Below are positions 1 through 8,931 of a stretch of 64,000 bases of DNA, one piece after another; the stretch's first letter is position 1, and every line of letters begins with the position of its first letter. The DNA is from Candidatus Fraserbacteria bacterium. Its GTDB lineage: Bacteria; Bipolaricaulota; Bipolaricaulia; RBG-16-55-9; DRXL01. The stretch is from positions 4,290 to 68,289 of the forward strand of contig JBBIUX010000004.1 in NCBI GenBank assembly GCA_037440025.1. The letters are read 5' to 3'. The notes below the pieces were generated by a model. The model was given only the letters and a program-made list of their open reading frames with translations. It did not search any database and was not told the origin of the DNA. The translations under genes and the position numbers were made by a program.

Positions 1-60
1 CAGGAGCCCGATTTATCGGGCTTCCATCTCCTAAGACGGGTGCTTGAGCACCCGACGAAT

Positions 61-1332
61 CTACGCATACAGCCCCCTCGCTCGCGCCGCCGTCGCTACG
101 CGATCTACAGCGACCATGTACGAAGCTGTCCGTAAATCTGTCCTCTCTCGCTGAGCCATCTCCCAGACGCGCTCAAAAGCGTTCACCATAAACCGCCGCA
201 GGCGCTTGTCCACCCGTTCAGGGCTCCAGAAGTAAAAAGCCCGATCTTGCACCCATTCAAAATACGAAACCGTGACTCCGCCGGCGTTGGCTAAAATATC
301 GGGCACAACCAAAATTCCTCGGTCGTACAAGATACGGTCGGCTTCGAGAGTGATCGGACCGTTGGCCAGCTCAATGATTGTCTTGGCTCTGATCTGTGAA
401 GCATTTGCTTTGGTGATCTGGTTTTCTATCGCTGCCGGGACCAAAATGTCGCACTCCAGTTCTAGAAGTTCTTGATTGGTGATGGGCTCAGTGTTCTTAA
501 ATCTCACAACTGAACCGGTCTTGCGCTCATGCTCTTTGAGCGCCACCGGCTCGATTCCATCAGGGCTATACACACCGCCTTTGGCATCGCTGATGGCGAT
601 AATCCTCGCGCCGCCTTCAGCACAGAAGCGCGCCATGTTCGAGCCGACGTTGCCAAAACCCTGAATGGCGATCCGTGCCCCCTCGAGCTTCATGTTGAGG
701 CGTTTGAGTGTCTCCAGGAGCACAAAATAGCCGCCCCGGCCGGTCGCCGTGTCGCGTCCTTCCGACCCGCCTAACACTTTGGGCTTGCCCGTGACTAGCC
801 CTGGCATGAACATGCTGTTGTGGTGCATGCTAATAGTATCAACAAACCAGGCCATCTCGCGCTCCCCGGTGAAGACATCTGGGGCGAGAATGTCTACATC
901 AGGGCCGATAATGGGCGAGATCTCTGCCGCATACCGTCGGGTGATGCGCTCCAGCTCGCCGGTGGAAAGCTCTAACGGGTTGCAGCGCACGCCGCCCTTG
1001 GCCCCGCCAAAGGGAATCTGAGCTACAGAACATTTCCAGGTCATCAAAATGGCAAGCGCTTCGACCTCTTTTAACGTAATATCGGGGTGATAGCGAATGC
1101 CGCCCTTGGTCGGCCCCAGCACCAAATGGTGCTGCACGCGAAAGCCCTCAAAATGCTGCACGCTCCCGTCGTCCATCACCACGGGGAAGACGACGATGAG
1201 CTTGCGCTTGGGGTAGCGTAACAGAGTCCGCAAGGAGTCTTCTAACTTCAGGCGGTTTGCCGCTTCATCAAAGAAGTAATGAGCTGTCTCCAACACGCCA
1301 ATCTCGGACTTGCGTTTGAGTTCCTCGGACAT
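61..1332 (-). CDS. Glutamate dehydrogenase (Glu/Leu/Phe/Val dehydrogenase family), paralog 1. True start is probably MSEELKRK at 1332. The upstream part of the listed ORF (to 1386) is read through a palindromic repeat.
   Basis: The ORF has the GPTKGGIRYHPD and GGAKGG motifs and a Rossmann NAD(P) motif (GFGNVGS). It is about 70% identical in eye-alignment to ORF 55062..56339. The N-terminal MKGGMGEGRGGGRGEV stretch is encoded by repeat copy R1. Confidence 0.88.
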   Translation of the reverse strand: MSEELKRKSEIGVLETAHYFFDEAANRLKLEDSLRTLLRYPKRKLIVVFPVVMDDGSVQHFEGFRVQHHLVLGPTKGGIRYHPDITLKEVEALAILMTWKCSVAQIPFGGAKGGVRCNPLELSTGELERITRRYAAEISPIIGPDVDILAPDVFTGEREMAWFVDTISMHHNSMFMPGLVTGKPKVLGGSEGRDTATGRGGYFVLLETLKRLNMKLEGARIAIQGFGNVGSNMARFCAEGGARIIAISDAKGGVYSPDGIEPVALKEHERKTGSVVRFKNTEPITNQELLELECDILVPAAIENQITKANASQIRAKTIIELANGPITLEADRILYDRGILVVPDILANAGGVTVSYFEWVQDRAFYFWSPERVDKRLRRFMVNAFERVWEMAQRERTDLRTASYMVAVDRVATAARARGLYA

Positions 1333-1354
1333 GGATAAAACCTCTCCTCTGCCC

Positions 1355-1440
1355 CCTCCCCGACCCTCACCCATCCCTCCCTTCAAGGGAGAGGGTGCAG
1401 GGGGAGGGTTCCCCTTCCCTTTAGAGAAAGGGACTGAGGA
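1355..1440. repeat. Palindromic GC-rich element, copy R1, in the intergenic region between lon and gdh. Made of tandem hairpins of the CCCTCCCTT..GGGAGAGGG and CCCTTCCCTTTAGAGAAAGGGA type.
   Basis: Sequence similarity to the R5 and R7 copies on the opposite strand. Hairpin-forming inverted repeats are seen directly. Confidence 0.6.
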
Positions 1441-1441
1441 G

Positions 1442-3856
1442 TTAGGTCTTCTCTCCCTCCTCTTCTTTGGTTAAGTTTAGATTCTTCTGAATCTCGCGCA
1501 GCCGTGCTTCAACACGAGCGTAGATCGTCCCTTCCGGAAATTTTCCCTCAGGGGTTCGTTCACCTGCTTGGAGCCCTGTAAGCAATTCGAGCCCCTCTTC
1601 GACAGTCTTGACAGCGTAAATATGAAATTGGCCTCGTTTGACCGCATCAATGACCTCTGGGCGAAGCATCAGGTTATCTATATTCTGCTCAGGGATGATG
1701 ACCCCCTGCTGGCCTGTCAGCCCCTGCATTTTGCAGATCTTAAAAAATCCGTCAATCTTCTCGTTGACGCTGCCGATGGGCTGAATTTCGCCCTTCTGAT
1801 TGACCGAGCCGGTCACGGCTAAGTCTTGCTTGAGGGGGACATCGGCCAGTGCTGAGATGAGCGCGTACAGTTCCGTGCTTGAGGCCGAATCGCCGTCTAT
1901 TTTCGAGTAGCTCTGCTCAAACGTGATACTAGCCGAGAGACTGAGCGGCTGGGCTTGCGCGAATTTTTCACCGAGCCAGCCCTTCAAAATCAAGACGCCC
2001 TTGCTGTGAATTTTCCCCGACAGTTCGGCCTCGCGCTCCACGTTGAGCACACCTTCTTTGCCCGTAAACACGTTGGCTGTGATGCGCGTGGGGCGACCAA
2101 AAGAGAAATCAGGCAATTGCAGGACAGAGAGTCCGTTCACACAGCCGACGCGCTCCCCCTGGGTGTCTACGAGGATATCGCCGCGGATGATGAGCTCGTG
2201 AATCTTCTCTTCAATGAGGCTATTGCGATAGAGCTTTTCTTCGATAGCTTTTTCGATATGTTCGGCTTTGACCAGGCGTGCCCCTTCGCGCTCGACCCAG
2301 TAGGACGCTTCGCGAACGATGGTCATCAAGTCGCTGAAGCGCGCCGAAAGTTTTTTCTGATCGCCCGTCACTTCGGCGGCGTACTCGGCCAGCCGCGCCA
2401 GGGCTGCTCTGTGAAAATGCTTGAGCCCCGGGCGCTCTTTGACGCGCGCCGCCACAAACGGGCCCAGCTGCTTAATATATCTCTCGTTCCATTCCATCTC
2501 ATCATCGAAGTCAGCCTTCACCGCGAACAATTTTTGGAAATCTTCGTCCACCGCCTCTAAGAGATAGTACAGATCGGGGCTGCCGATGAGAATGACCTTC
2601 ACAGACAAGGGCACCGGTTCAGGCTTCAAGCCTTCCGTAGTGGTAAATCCCATCATCGTTGCGGGGTCTTCGATCTGGATGCGCCCGCAGCGGACGGCGA
2701 TCTTGAGCGCTTCCCAGCTGATCCAGTACTTTAATAAATTGTCGGCGTTCAGTACCAAATAGCCGCCGTTGGCCTCGTGAAGCGAGCCGGGCTTGATCAT
2801 GGTAAAGTCCGCGGTCATCACACCGAACTGCACTCTTCGTTCGATCTTGCCAAAAAGATTTGTGTACGTGGCGTTCTCTTGCACCACGACTGGCGCGCCT
2901 TTGGTCCTGCTGTGGTCTACTAGGACGTTGATCGTGTATCGTCTGAAGAGATCAATCATCCCCGTGGGCAGGGGCACCCCTTGCCCTTCACCCTCTTGGC
3001 TCTCTTTCGAAGGCTCAGAGAACTCCTTGATGTTCTGCAGAATATCAGCTTCGACGTCTTCAAGAAATTCGAGAACACGAGAATAATTGTTGTAGCGGGT
3101 CTGCAATCTCTTTATCAAAGGCTTGACGGTGTAGAGTGCAATATCTCTGTCGAGTTCACCAATTGCTCTCAAGCGTTGTTCTTCGATTTGTTCGAGCTGG
3201 CTCATGGCCTCTTGTACAATCTCTTGCAGCTCTTCACGGTGGCGCGCAATTCTCTGGCGATCTCGCTCCGGCAGGTTGGCAAACGCTTCTTCGGTGAGCG
3301 GCTTGCCGTCGAGCAACGGCGTAGCTTGAAATCCCAGCACCGAGAGCTGAAAGAGAAACCCCCGACGTCGTGCCTCTTGGTCGACGGTGCTGGAGACTTT
3401 ATTGCGCAGCTCATTGAACTGCTCGTCGATGCTTTGGCGTTTTTTTCGGTATTCTTCGCTATGGTACGCTGCCGGGATGCGCTCGCGCAGTTTCTCGATC
3501 AAGTACTCCATGTCGCCGGCCAGCTTGCGCCCCAGCCCCTGAGGCAGAAGAACATAGCGCGGGCAGTAGGGGTCATCGAAGTTATGCACATAGCACAGAT
3601 CAGACGGGGGCGGCTCTTTGAGGCTGATTTTTTTCAGAAAAGCTTGAACGATGGAGTTCTTTCCGGTGCCTGGGCTGCCGGCCACATAGATATTGTAGCG
3701 AAAATCTTTGATGCCTAAGCCCAAATCAAGCGCGCGTACAGCGCGTTCCTGACCGATGACATCGTCCAGGGGCTCGCACTCGGTCGTGGTCTCGATCTCG
3801 AAGACCTTTGGGTCACAACGGCGGCGTAGCTCCTCAGGCTGCAAACGGCGTGCCAT
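1442..3856 (-). CDS. Lon-like ATP-dependent protease: an N-terminal AAA+ domain plus a C-terminal Lon S16 proteolytic domain (COG1067/LonB-like family).
   Basis: Walker A motif VAGSPGTGKNS. C-terminal Lon_C-like region with a Ser-Lys dyad context (DGDSASSTELYALISA ... KIDGFFKICK). Length is about 800 aa. Confidence 0.8.
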   Translation of the reverse strand: MARRLQPEELRRRCDPKVFEIETTTECEPLDDVIGQERAVRALDLGLGIKDFRYNIYVAGSPGTGKNSIVQAFLKKISLKEPPPSDLCYVHNFDDPYCPRYVLLPQGLGRKLAGDMEYLIEKLRERIPAAYHSEEYRKKRQSIDEQFNELRNKVSSTVDQEARRRGFLFQLSVLGFQATPLLDGKPLTEEAFANLPERDRQRIARHREELQEIVQEAMSQLEQIEEQRLRAIGELDRDIALYTVKPLIKRLQTRYNNYSRVLEFLEDVEADILQNIKEFSEPSKESQEGEGQGVPLPTGMIDLFRRYTINVLVDHSRTKGAPVVVQENATYTNLFGKIERRVQFGVMTADFTMIKPGSLHEANGGYLVLNADNLLKYWISWEALKIAVRCGRIQIEDPATMMGFTTTEGLKPEPVPLSVKVILIGSPDLYYLLEAVDEDFQKLFAVKADFDDEMEWNERYIKQLGPFVAARVKERPGLKHFHRAALARLAEYAAEVTGDQKKLSARFSDLMTIVREASYWVEREGARLVKAEHIEKAIEEKLYRNSLIEEKIHELIIRGDILVDTQGERVGCVNGLSVLQLPDFSFGRPTRITANVFTGKEGVLNVEREAELSGKIHSKGVLILKGWLGEKFAQAQPLSLSASITFEQSYSKIDGDSASSTELYALISALADVPLKQDLAVTGSVNQKGEIQPIGSVNEKIDGFFKICKMQGLTGQQGVIIPEQNIDNLMLRPEVIDAVKRGQFHIYAVKTVEEGLELLTGLQAGERTPEGKFPEGTIYARVEARLREIQKNLNLTKEEEGEKT

Positions 3857-3944
3857 CCAGTCTCCTTCACCGTGGGATATTCAGGTTTTTCTAGAATACA
3901 CAATCCCGCTGGGAAGAGCAAGCTGGCTGAATCGGGGGCTCCCG

Positions 3945-4664
3945 CTAGAAGACGCGGATCTCGGCATCTCCCACAACGGGCACGGAGAAGCGCGGGGAGA
4001 AACTGGTCAGTTGGCCGCTCAGTTTGAATAGGCCGGCCGGTGTGCCGGGCGGCACAATCACCTCGTAGACAACAGTCAGTGTCTGTCCGGCCTGGAGCCG
4101 TTGGGCCCAGAGCCATTGCAGCTCGGCCTTTTTGAAAAGTGCTCCAGCGTTCTGGCTCTCGCGTGCTGTCCAGCCCGAGGGGGGGTCTTCATCGAGTCCT
4201 AGGCCGTTGATGGCTTTATTGATGCGCAAGTGGACGGTGACCCGGACCGTTTGCCCTGTGGTGACTTGGCCTCCTGGTGGCAGGGTGATCTGGCGTCGCG
4301 TGGTTACAGCTGATTCAGCAATCCTTACGATCTTGCTGATGGAGCCTGTCGCGCCGCGGTTATCTGTGACTCGTAAGTTAATGCGCCAATCGCCGGCACG
4401 ATCAAAGAGCCGGGTGGTCGTCGGGGTTGTCTTCACTTCATCGAAGCGGCCATCGCCGTTGAAATCCCACTCGTATTTGACGATGGAGCCGTCGGGGTCT
4501 TTTGAGCTTGAGGCGTCGAAGAGCACGGGTGTATTTGTATCGGGATTGGTTGGGGTTGTCCGAAAATCGGCGCGGGGCGAGGCGTTGCTTTGCGCTTCTG
4601 CTGGGGAAAGCGCCAGCATTCCCACGGCTGCCAGAAGTGACAGAGCTTTTACAAAGGTTCTCAT
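3945..4664 (-). CDS. Secreted PKD-domain protein with a signal peptide. Start set at MRTFVKAL, which has an AGGAGG RBS 7 nt upstream.
   Basis: Signal peptide MRTFVKALSLLAAVGMLALSPAEA. PKD signature VKYEWDFNGDGRFDE. The C-terminal domain carries the GLGLDED..W..FK..W..Y.V.VP pattern shared with neighbouring genes. Confidence 0.7.
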   Translation of the reverse strand: MRTFVKALSLLAAVGMLALSPAEAQSNASPRADFRTTPTNPDTNTPVLFDASSSKDPDGSIVKYEWDFNGDGRFDEVKTTPTTTRLFDRAGDWRINLRVTDNRGATGSISKIVRIAESAVTTRRQITLPPGGQVTTGQTVRVTVHLRINKAINGLGLDEDPPSGWTARESQNAGALFKKAELQWLWAQRLQAGQTLTVVYEVIVPPGTPAGLFKLSGQLTSFSPRFSVPVVGDAEIRVF

Positions 4665-4689
4665 CGCACAGACCTCCTTCTTCACTCAA

Positions 4690-4754
4690 GGCCCTCACCC
4701 CGGCTGTGCCACCCCTCTCCCGTCTAGACGGGAGAGGGGTTGGGGGTGAGGGCC
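4690..4754. repeat. Palindromic element copy R2, intergenic. Outer stem GGCCCTCACCC/GGGTGAGGGCC, inner stem CCCCTCTCCCGTC/GACGGGAGAGGGG.
   Basis: Perfect nested inverted repeats read directly from the sequence. Confidence 0.8.
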
Positions 4755-4758
4755 GGTT

Positions 4759-6648
4759 TTACGGCAGCGGCCCGAAGACCGATGCTCCCGTGAGCCAATA
4801 GGCGACCAACGTCTGCAGAGTTTTTAGGTCAATCTTGCCGAAATCCACTCCGCCAGCTTGTTTGCTGGTCACGGATTTGTCTGCCAACCAGAAGAAAGAG
4901 ACAGCAACCTGAATTTGATCAAAACTGATAGTGTTCGTATCGAGCCACAGGTTCACTCTGGGATTGGCGGCATCGCTGACGTCCATGCGGGCGAAGACCA
5001 CGGGCCACGGCAGCTTAGTATTAATAACTTTGATCTCCGTCTCTCCCGTGATGGCCATCTCAAAATTGGGCGATGCACTGCTGATATTGCCACTGAGTTT
5101 GATCACTTGGGGCCCCATATTATCAGGGAGGATCAATTCGTATTCGATGGTGCGCACCGTGCCGGCCTCCAGGGCTTCTAAGAAGACCCACAGGGCTTCT
5201 TTGATTTCGCCGGCCTCTTTAGGCTCCCGCGGGATCCCGCTGTCACCAGCGACGGCCTTGAACTGTAACCCCCTGGGGAAACGCTCCATGACGACCAGGC
5301 CGTTCACACGGTCTATAGTACGAATAGTCAGCGTCACCTTGACGCGCTCCCCAGCGATGGTCTCATCATTGGGCAGGTTGGTGTCAATCGTGCGCGTCGC
5401 GATGGCCCGGGGGGTGAAGACCCGCACGGACTTCGTTGCGCTCGCCTTCTCGCCGTCCGTGTCGGTGACGGTGAGAGTTACAGTGTAGGTCCCATCAGCG
5501 CTGTAGCGATGGATCGGGCTCTGTTCGGCCGAGCGCGCCCCGTCGCCAAAATCCCACTCCCAGGAAACGATTCCTACGTCGTCGGTCGAACGATCTATAA
5601 ACGTGACAGGAGTATTAGCCGCCGGATCGGCAGGCAAGATATCGAAATTGGCCGTCGGCGGACGGTTGCGGTCACGCGTGACCAATGGAATCGGAGCGAT
5701 CCCCGGCGTGACCAACCGACCGCGCGAGTCCAGATAACTGAAAAGAGGCTTCAGTGAAGCCGTTCCCGTTTGTGAGCCGCCGACGGTAAAGCTGGCCTCC
5801 CAGACGTCGCCGGCGAGCAGGCTCTCTAGTTCCCAGACGATGGTCGTCGAACCATCAGGGTTTTTCGTCACGCGGTTGGGGGCATTGAACGTGGCAACCC
5901 CATAATTAAGAAGAGCGGGCAACGAGAGAGTGATCTTGATCTGGCGTGCCACGGTCTTCTTTCCCAAGGCTTTGGCGATCTCTTGAGAGACGGTGTCATC
6001 GAATTTTTCAAAGAACTGCCCTTGAGTGAGCCGGGCCAGCTCGCGCAGAAGAGTTTTATCCGGGTTGCGCCCGATGGCAACAGTGAAAATCACGACACCG
6101 CTCTCAGCGGAGCGTTGGGCCTGCGCAAGCGGCGTGCGCCCGATGTTGTAACGTCCATCGCTGACCAGCACCATAGCCCAGGACGCTTCTTCACGACCAT
6201 TCAAAATCAGGGTGTCGAGGGCTTTGCCCAACCCTTCGCCGACGGCCGTCTTCCCTATGGGGCGGAGTAGCTTCAGCCCTTGGCGCACGGCCTCATGGTC
6301 GAACGTCAAGGGCACGTCCACACGGGCATCGGTGCTGAACGAGACCAGCCCGACACGATCTTGCGGGGAGAGGGCCTCAACGATGGCTGAGCCGATCTTT
6401 TGCATCTCTGGGATATTGACGGTCGCTGAACGATCAATCACGAGAAAGAGATCTGTCGGGGCGCGCTCACCTTCCGGCCCGGAAGAGAGACGCAACGTGA
6501 GCGTGGCTTCTTGGTTGACAAAGATTGCCGGTGGAGAGATGTTCACAGTGAGCTGCACGGTAGGTGAAACTACTTGAGAATGCGCTGTCAGCCATCCCAG
6601 ACAGATCAAGCTCGCTGTGAGGGTGCTCAGGCGTTTCAATCTGGTCAT
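4759..6648 (-). CDS. Secreted vWA-domain plus PKD-domain protein with a dockerin-like C-terminal module. Start at MTRLKR (GGAGG RBS). The longer listed ORF reads into repeat R3.
   Basis: Signal peptide present. vWA/MIDAS-like LFLVIDRSATV..VGLVSFSTD..LVSDGRYN. PKD signature SWEWDFGDGARS...YTVTLTVTDTDGE. C-terminal tandem segments DTNTISFDQIQVAVSFFWL and VDFGKIDLKTLQTLVAYWL. Confidence 0.75.
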   Translation of the reverse strand: MTRLKRLSTLTASLICLGWLTAHSQVVSPTVQLTVNISPPAIFVNQEATLTLRLSSGPEGERAPTDLFLVIDRSATVNIPEMQKIGSAIVEALSPQDRVGLVSFSTDARVDVPLTFDHEAVRQGLKLLRPIGKTAVGEGLGKALDTLILNGREEASWAMVLVSDGRYNIGRTPLAQAQRSAESGVVIFTVAIGRNPDKTLLRELARLTQGQFFEKFDDTVSQEIAKALGKKTVARQIKITLSLPALLNYGVATFNAPNRVTKNPDGSTTIVWELESLLAGDVWEASFTVGGSQTGTASLKPLFSYLDSRGRLVTPGIAPIPLVTRDRNRPPTANFDILPADPAANTPVTFIDRSTDDVGIVSWEWDFGDGARSAEQSPIHRYSADGTYTVTLTVTDTDGEKASATKSVRVFTPRAIATRTIDTNLPNDETIAGERVKVTLTIRTIDRVNGLVVMERFPRGLQFKAVAGDSGIPREPKEAGEIKEALWVFLEALEAGTVRTIEYELILPDNMGPQVIKLSGNISSASPNFEMAITGETEIKVINTKLPWPVVFARMDVSDAANPRVNLWLDTNTISFDQIQVAVSFFWLADKSVTSKQAGGVDFGKIDLKTLQTLVAYWLTGASVFGPLP

Positions 6649-6662
6649 ATCGTTCCTCCCTT

Positions 6663-6783
6663 GGCCCTCACCCCGCCGCACCCCTCTCCCGTCTTTACGG
6701 ACGGGAGAGGGGCCGGGGCGAAGCGTTTTGGTGCAGCATTTTTTCAGAAAGCGGTCGCACCAAAACGCTTCGGGGTGAGGGCC
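6663..6783. repeat. Palindromic element copy R3, a compound nested copy of about 120 bp with an extra internal hairpin GAAGCGTTTTGGTGC...GCACCAAAACGCTTC.
   Basis: Outer stem GGCCCTCACCCCG/CGGGGTGAGGGCC and two internal perfect stems, read directly. Confidence 0.8.
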
Positions 6784-6795
6784 TTCTCTCCCGTT

Positions 6796-8931
6796 CTACC
6801 GCGTCGCCGCGGGCAACGGCTGATCTACGGGTGTATCCGTAAGCCAATACGAGATGAGTATTTGCAACATTCTAAAATCTATAGTCTTCCCGCAGGTGCC
6901 GACAACCTCTTCGTCTTCTAACCAGAGGGCGATGGCCGTCTGGATCTGCGCAAAACTGATCTTGTTTGAGAGCGCGACGTCAATGGTGTTCTGCTCAACA
7001 TTGAGGTGCGAGATGGCCACCGGAATGTCGAGGCACTCCACGACGTTCAATAATTGATCTTTGCCAACCTCGATCTGGAAGTTGGGCGAGAAGGACTCGA
7101 TCAAGCCTTGAATCACATACTGACTGATGATCTCGTCCATGGGAACGACGACTTCATAGATGACGCTGCGGCGAGAACCGGCGGGAATCTTCTCCGTGAA
7201 GATCCACGTGTTCGCCAATTGCTTGAAGGCGGCGCTGCTGCCTTCTAAAGGCTTCACTTCCCAGCGTTCGGGCAATTTTTCCGTCAGGGCCAAGCCAAAG
7301 AGATCTTTTTCGGCATGCACTTCGACCTTCACACGGAAGATATTCCCGCCTGGGGTGCGCAAATACACTTGGAAGAACGGGAGCGGCGCTAAGATCGAGC
7401 GCAGGGCTGAACCGCTGACCGAGGTATCTTCTTCGATGGTCCGATCTACGGGCACGTTCGCCAAGTGATGGGCGACTAGTTGTTTCAGCGATTGCAGGTC
7501 GAGTGGGGCCTCGCACGTCCCCGGCACCGCAGTATCCTCTTGCCAGAAGGCGATTCCACGTTGCATTTGGTCAAACGTGACATCCTCCGGCAAGCGCAGA
7601 TTGACAGTATCCGTTGCCGTATCCAAATGTGCCAACGCGACGAGAGGGGGCAAACAGGTCACGATGGAAATTCGTGAGTAGGATTCGTTGGTCTCTCCCA
7701 AGACGGGAATCTCTTTGATGTCCGGCACGGTGCTCGACACACGCCCGACGATGTCAAAATCTTGAGGCAGCGGGCCGCCGATCAATTGATCGGTCTTAGG
7801 GATGGTCACATCGTAGACGATGCGGCGGGTCTCGCCGCTGCGCACGATCGTGGGAAAGACCCATTGGGTTTGGGCGACTTTGAACGTTGCGCCGGCGCTG
7901 TCAATGGGGGTGACCTCCCAGTTCGCCGGTAGGTCTTCGTCCAAGCCAAGGCCGCTCATGGAAGTTCTCACAGTAATCGTCACGGTCACTCTAAAGGTCG
8001 TCCCTAGGGCAGCATGAGTCGTCGTGACCACGCGCCGGGCGAAAGCCACTTCTTTTTCGACGGTGATCGTTTTCGTGATCTGCGCGATGGCGCCCTTATC
8101 GTCGGTGACGCGCAGGGTGACTTTCACTTCGCCGATCTGGGTGAACGTGTGCTGCACTGTTGGTTTATCCGTAGAGATTTCGAAAATGTTGTCTGCATTA
8201 AAATCCCATTCGTACTTGACGATCTTGCCGTCGGCGACCGTGCTGGCACGAGCATCAAAAGTCACCGGCACGTTGATGCTCACCACTGATGGGGAGAACG
8301 TAAAGTCTGCTTTCGGGGGCGCTCGGCGGAAGGCGCTCAGCACTAAGGGCTCGACGGGGCTGGGCAGCTGAAATCTCTCGGGATTGACGGGATTACCGCT
8401 GAGCACCTGCCAGCCGTCAATGCCTCGGATAAATGTCGGGGTTATGGTGATCTCGAACTCATCGGGCAGCCCACTGATGACGACTCCGTCGGCGCGCTCG
8501 GCCAGCCAGCGCCAGGTCATCGTGGCTGTCGGCGGGGTGAACTCATACGTATCTGCCGGGTCGTCGCGCAAGGTAATTTGCGCTGTCGGGGGGAGACCGT
8601 CGAAGCGCAAGGTCGCCTCGCCGCCAGCAGGGTTGCCCGGCTTACTTAAGATAATAACTAAGCTCAGATCACGGGTGTTTTGATCTCGATAGAGAAAGAC
8701 CAGCGCCTGGTTGTCTATTTCTAAGCCGGTGTTCGGTTGATCGTTGGCGAAGCGATAGAACTCCACGGCCGATCCCGGTTGGGTCAGCGGGGTGATCGGC
8801 GTAGAAAACGCTCCTTGACGCGCGAGGAAGAAAGATGGCGTTTGCTCAGAAACTACCCCTTGGCCTGATCCTGTTACAGCGATCAATGCCAGCACCAAGA
8901 GCCCAGAGAGAACTTGCCGAATGACACGCAT
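6796..8931 (-). CDS. Secreted 711-aa PKD-domain protein with two 'GLGLDED' domains and two dockerin-like modules, one internal and one C-terminal.
   Basis: Signal peptide MRVIRQVLSGLLVLALIAVTGSG. PKD signature KYEWDFNADNIF...VKVTLRVTDDKGA. Repeated GLGLDEDLPANWEV.. and GLALTEKLPERWEV.. domains. Module copies ..ISFAQIQTAIALWL..KTIDFRMLQILISYWL and VTFDQMQRGIAFW..LDLQSLKQLVAHHL. Confidence 0.7.
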   Translation of the reverse strand: MRVIRQVLSGLLVLALIAVTGSGQGVVSEQTPSFFLARQGAFSTPITPLTQPGSAVEFYRFANDQPNTGLEIDNQALVFLYRDQNTRDLSLVIILSKPGNPAGGEATLRFDGLPPTAQITLRDDPADTYEFTPPTATMTWRWLAERADGVVISGLPDEFEITITPTFIRGIDGWQVLSGNPVNPERFQLPSPVEPLVLSAFRRAPPKADFTFSPSVVSINVPVTFDARASTVADGKIVKYEWDFNADNIFEISTDKPTVQHTFTQIGEVKVTLRVTDDKGAIAQITKTITVEKEVAFARRVVTTTHAALGTTFRVTVTITVRTSMSGLGLDEDLPANWEVTPIDSAGATFKVAQTQWVFPTIVRSGETRRIVYDVTIPKTDQLIGGPLPQDFDIVGRVSSTVPDIKEIPVLGETNESYSRISIVTCLPPLVALAHLDTATDTVNLRLPEDVTFDQMQRGIAFWQEDTAVPGTCEAPLDLQSLKQLVAHHLANVPVDRTIEEDTSVSGSALRSILAPLPFFQVYLRTPGGNIFRVKVEVHAEKDLFGLALTEKLPERWEVKPLEGSSAAFKQLANTWIFTEKIPAGSRRSVIYEVVVPMDEIISQYVIQGLIESFSPNFQIEVGKDQLLNVVECLDIPVAISHLNVEQNTIDVALSNKISFAQIQTAIALWLEDEEVVGTCGKTIDFRMLQILISYWLTDTPVDQPLPAATR

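Noticed and set aside
2981-3718. 245-aa plus-strand ORF inside the Lon-like gene, and similar long antisense ORFs (14339..15169 in the alpha subunit, 27677..28288 in ccsB, 42583..43581 in ileS, 48529..49710 across gltD-like/porG, 55167..55700 in gdh2, 59446..60006 in the lpt gene)
   Set aside because: These lie entirely antisense to confidently identified genes. In a high-GC genome long shadow ORFs are expected. They have no motifs or RBS support.
1442-3856. Lon-like protease as a BREX BrxL-type defence component
   Set aside because: No brxA/B/C, pglX or pglZ-like genes nearby. The architecture (AAA+ with GSPGTGKN plus Lon_C) fits the housekeeping COG1067 family better.
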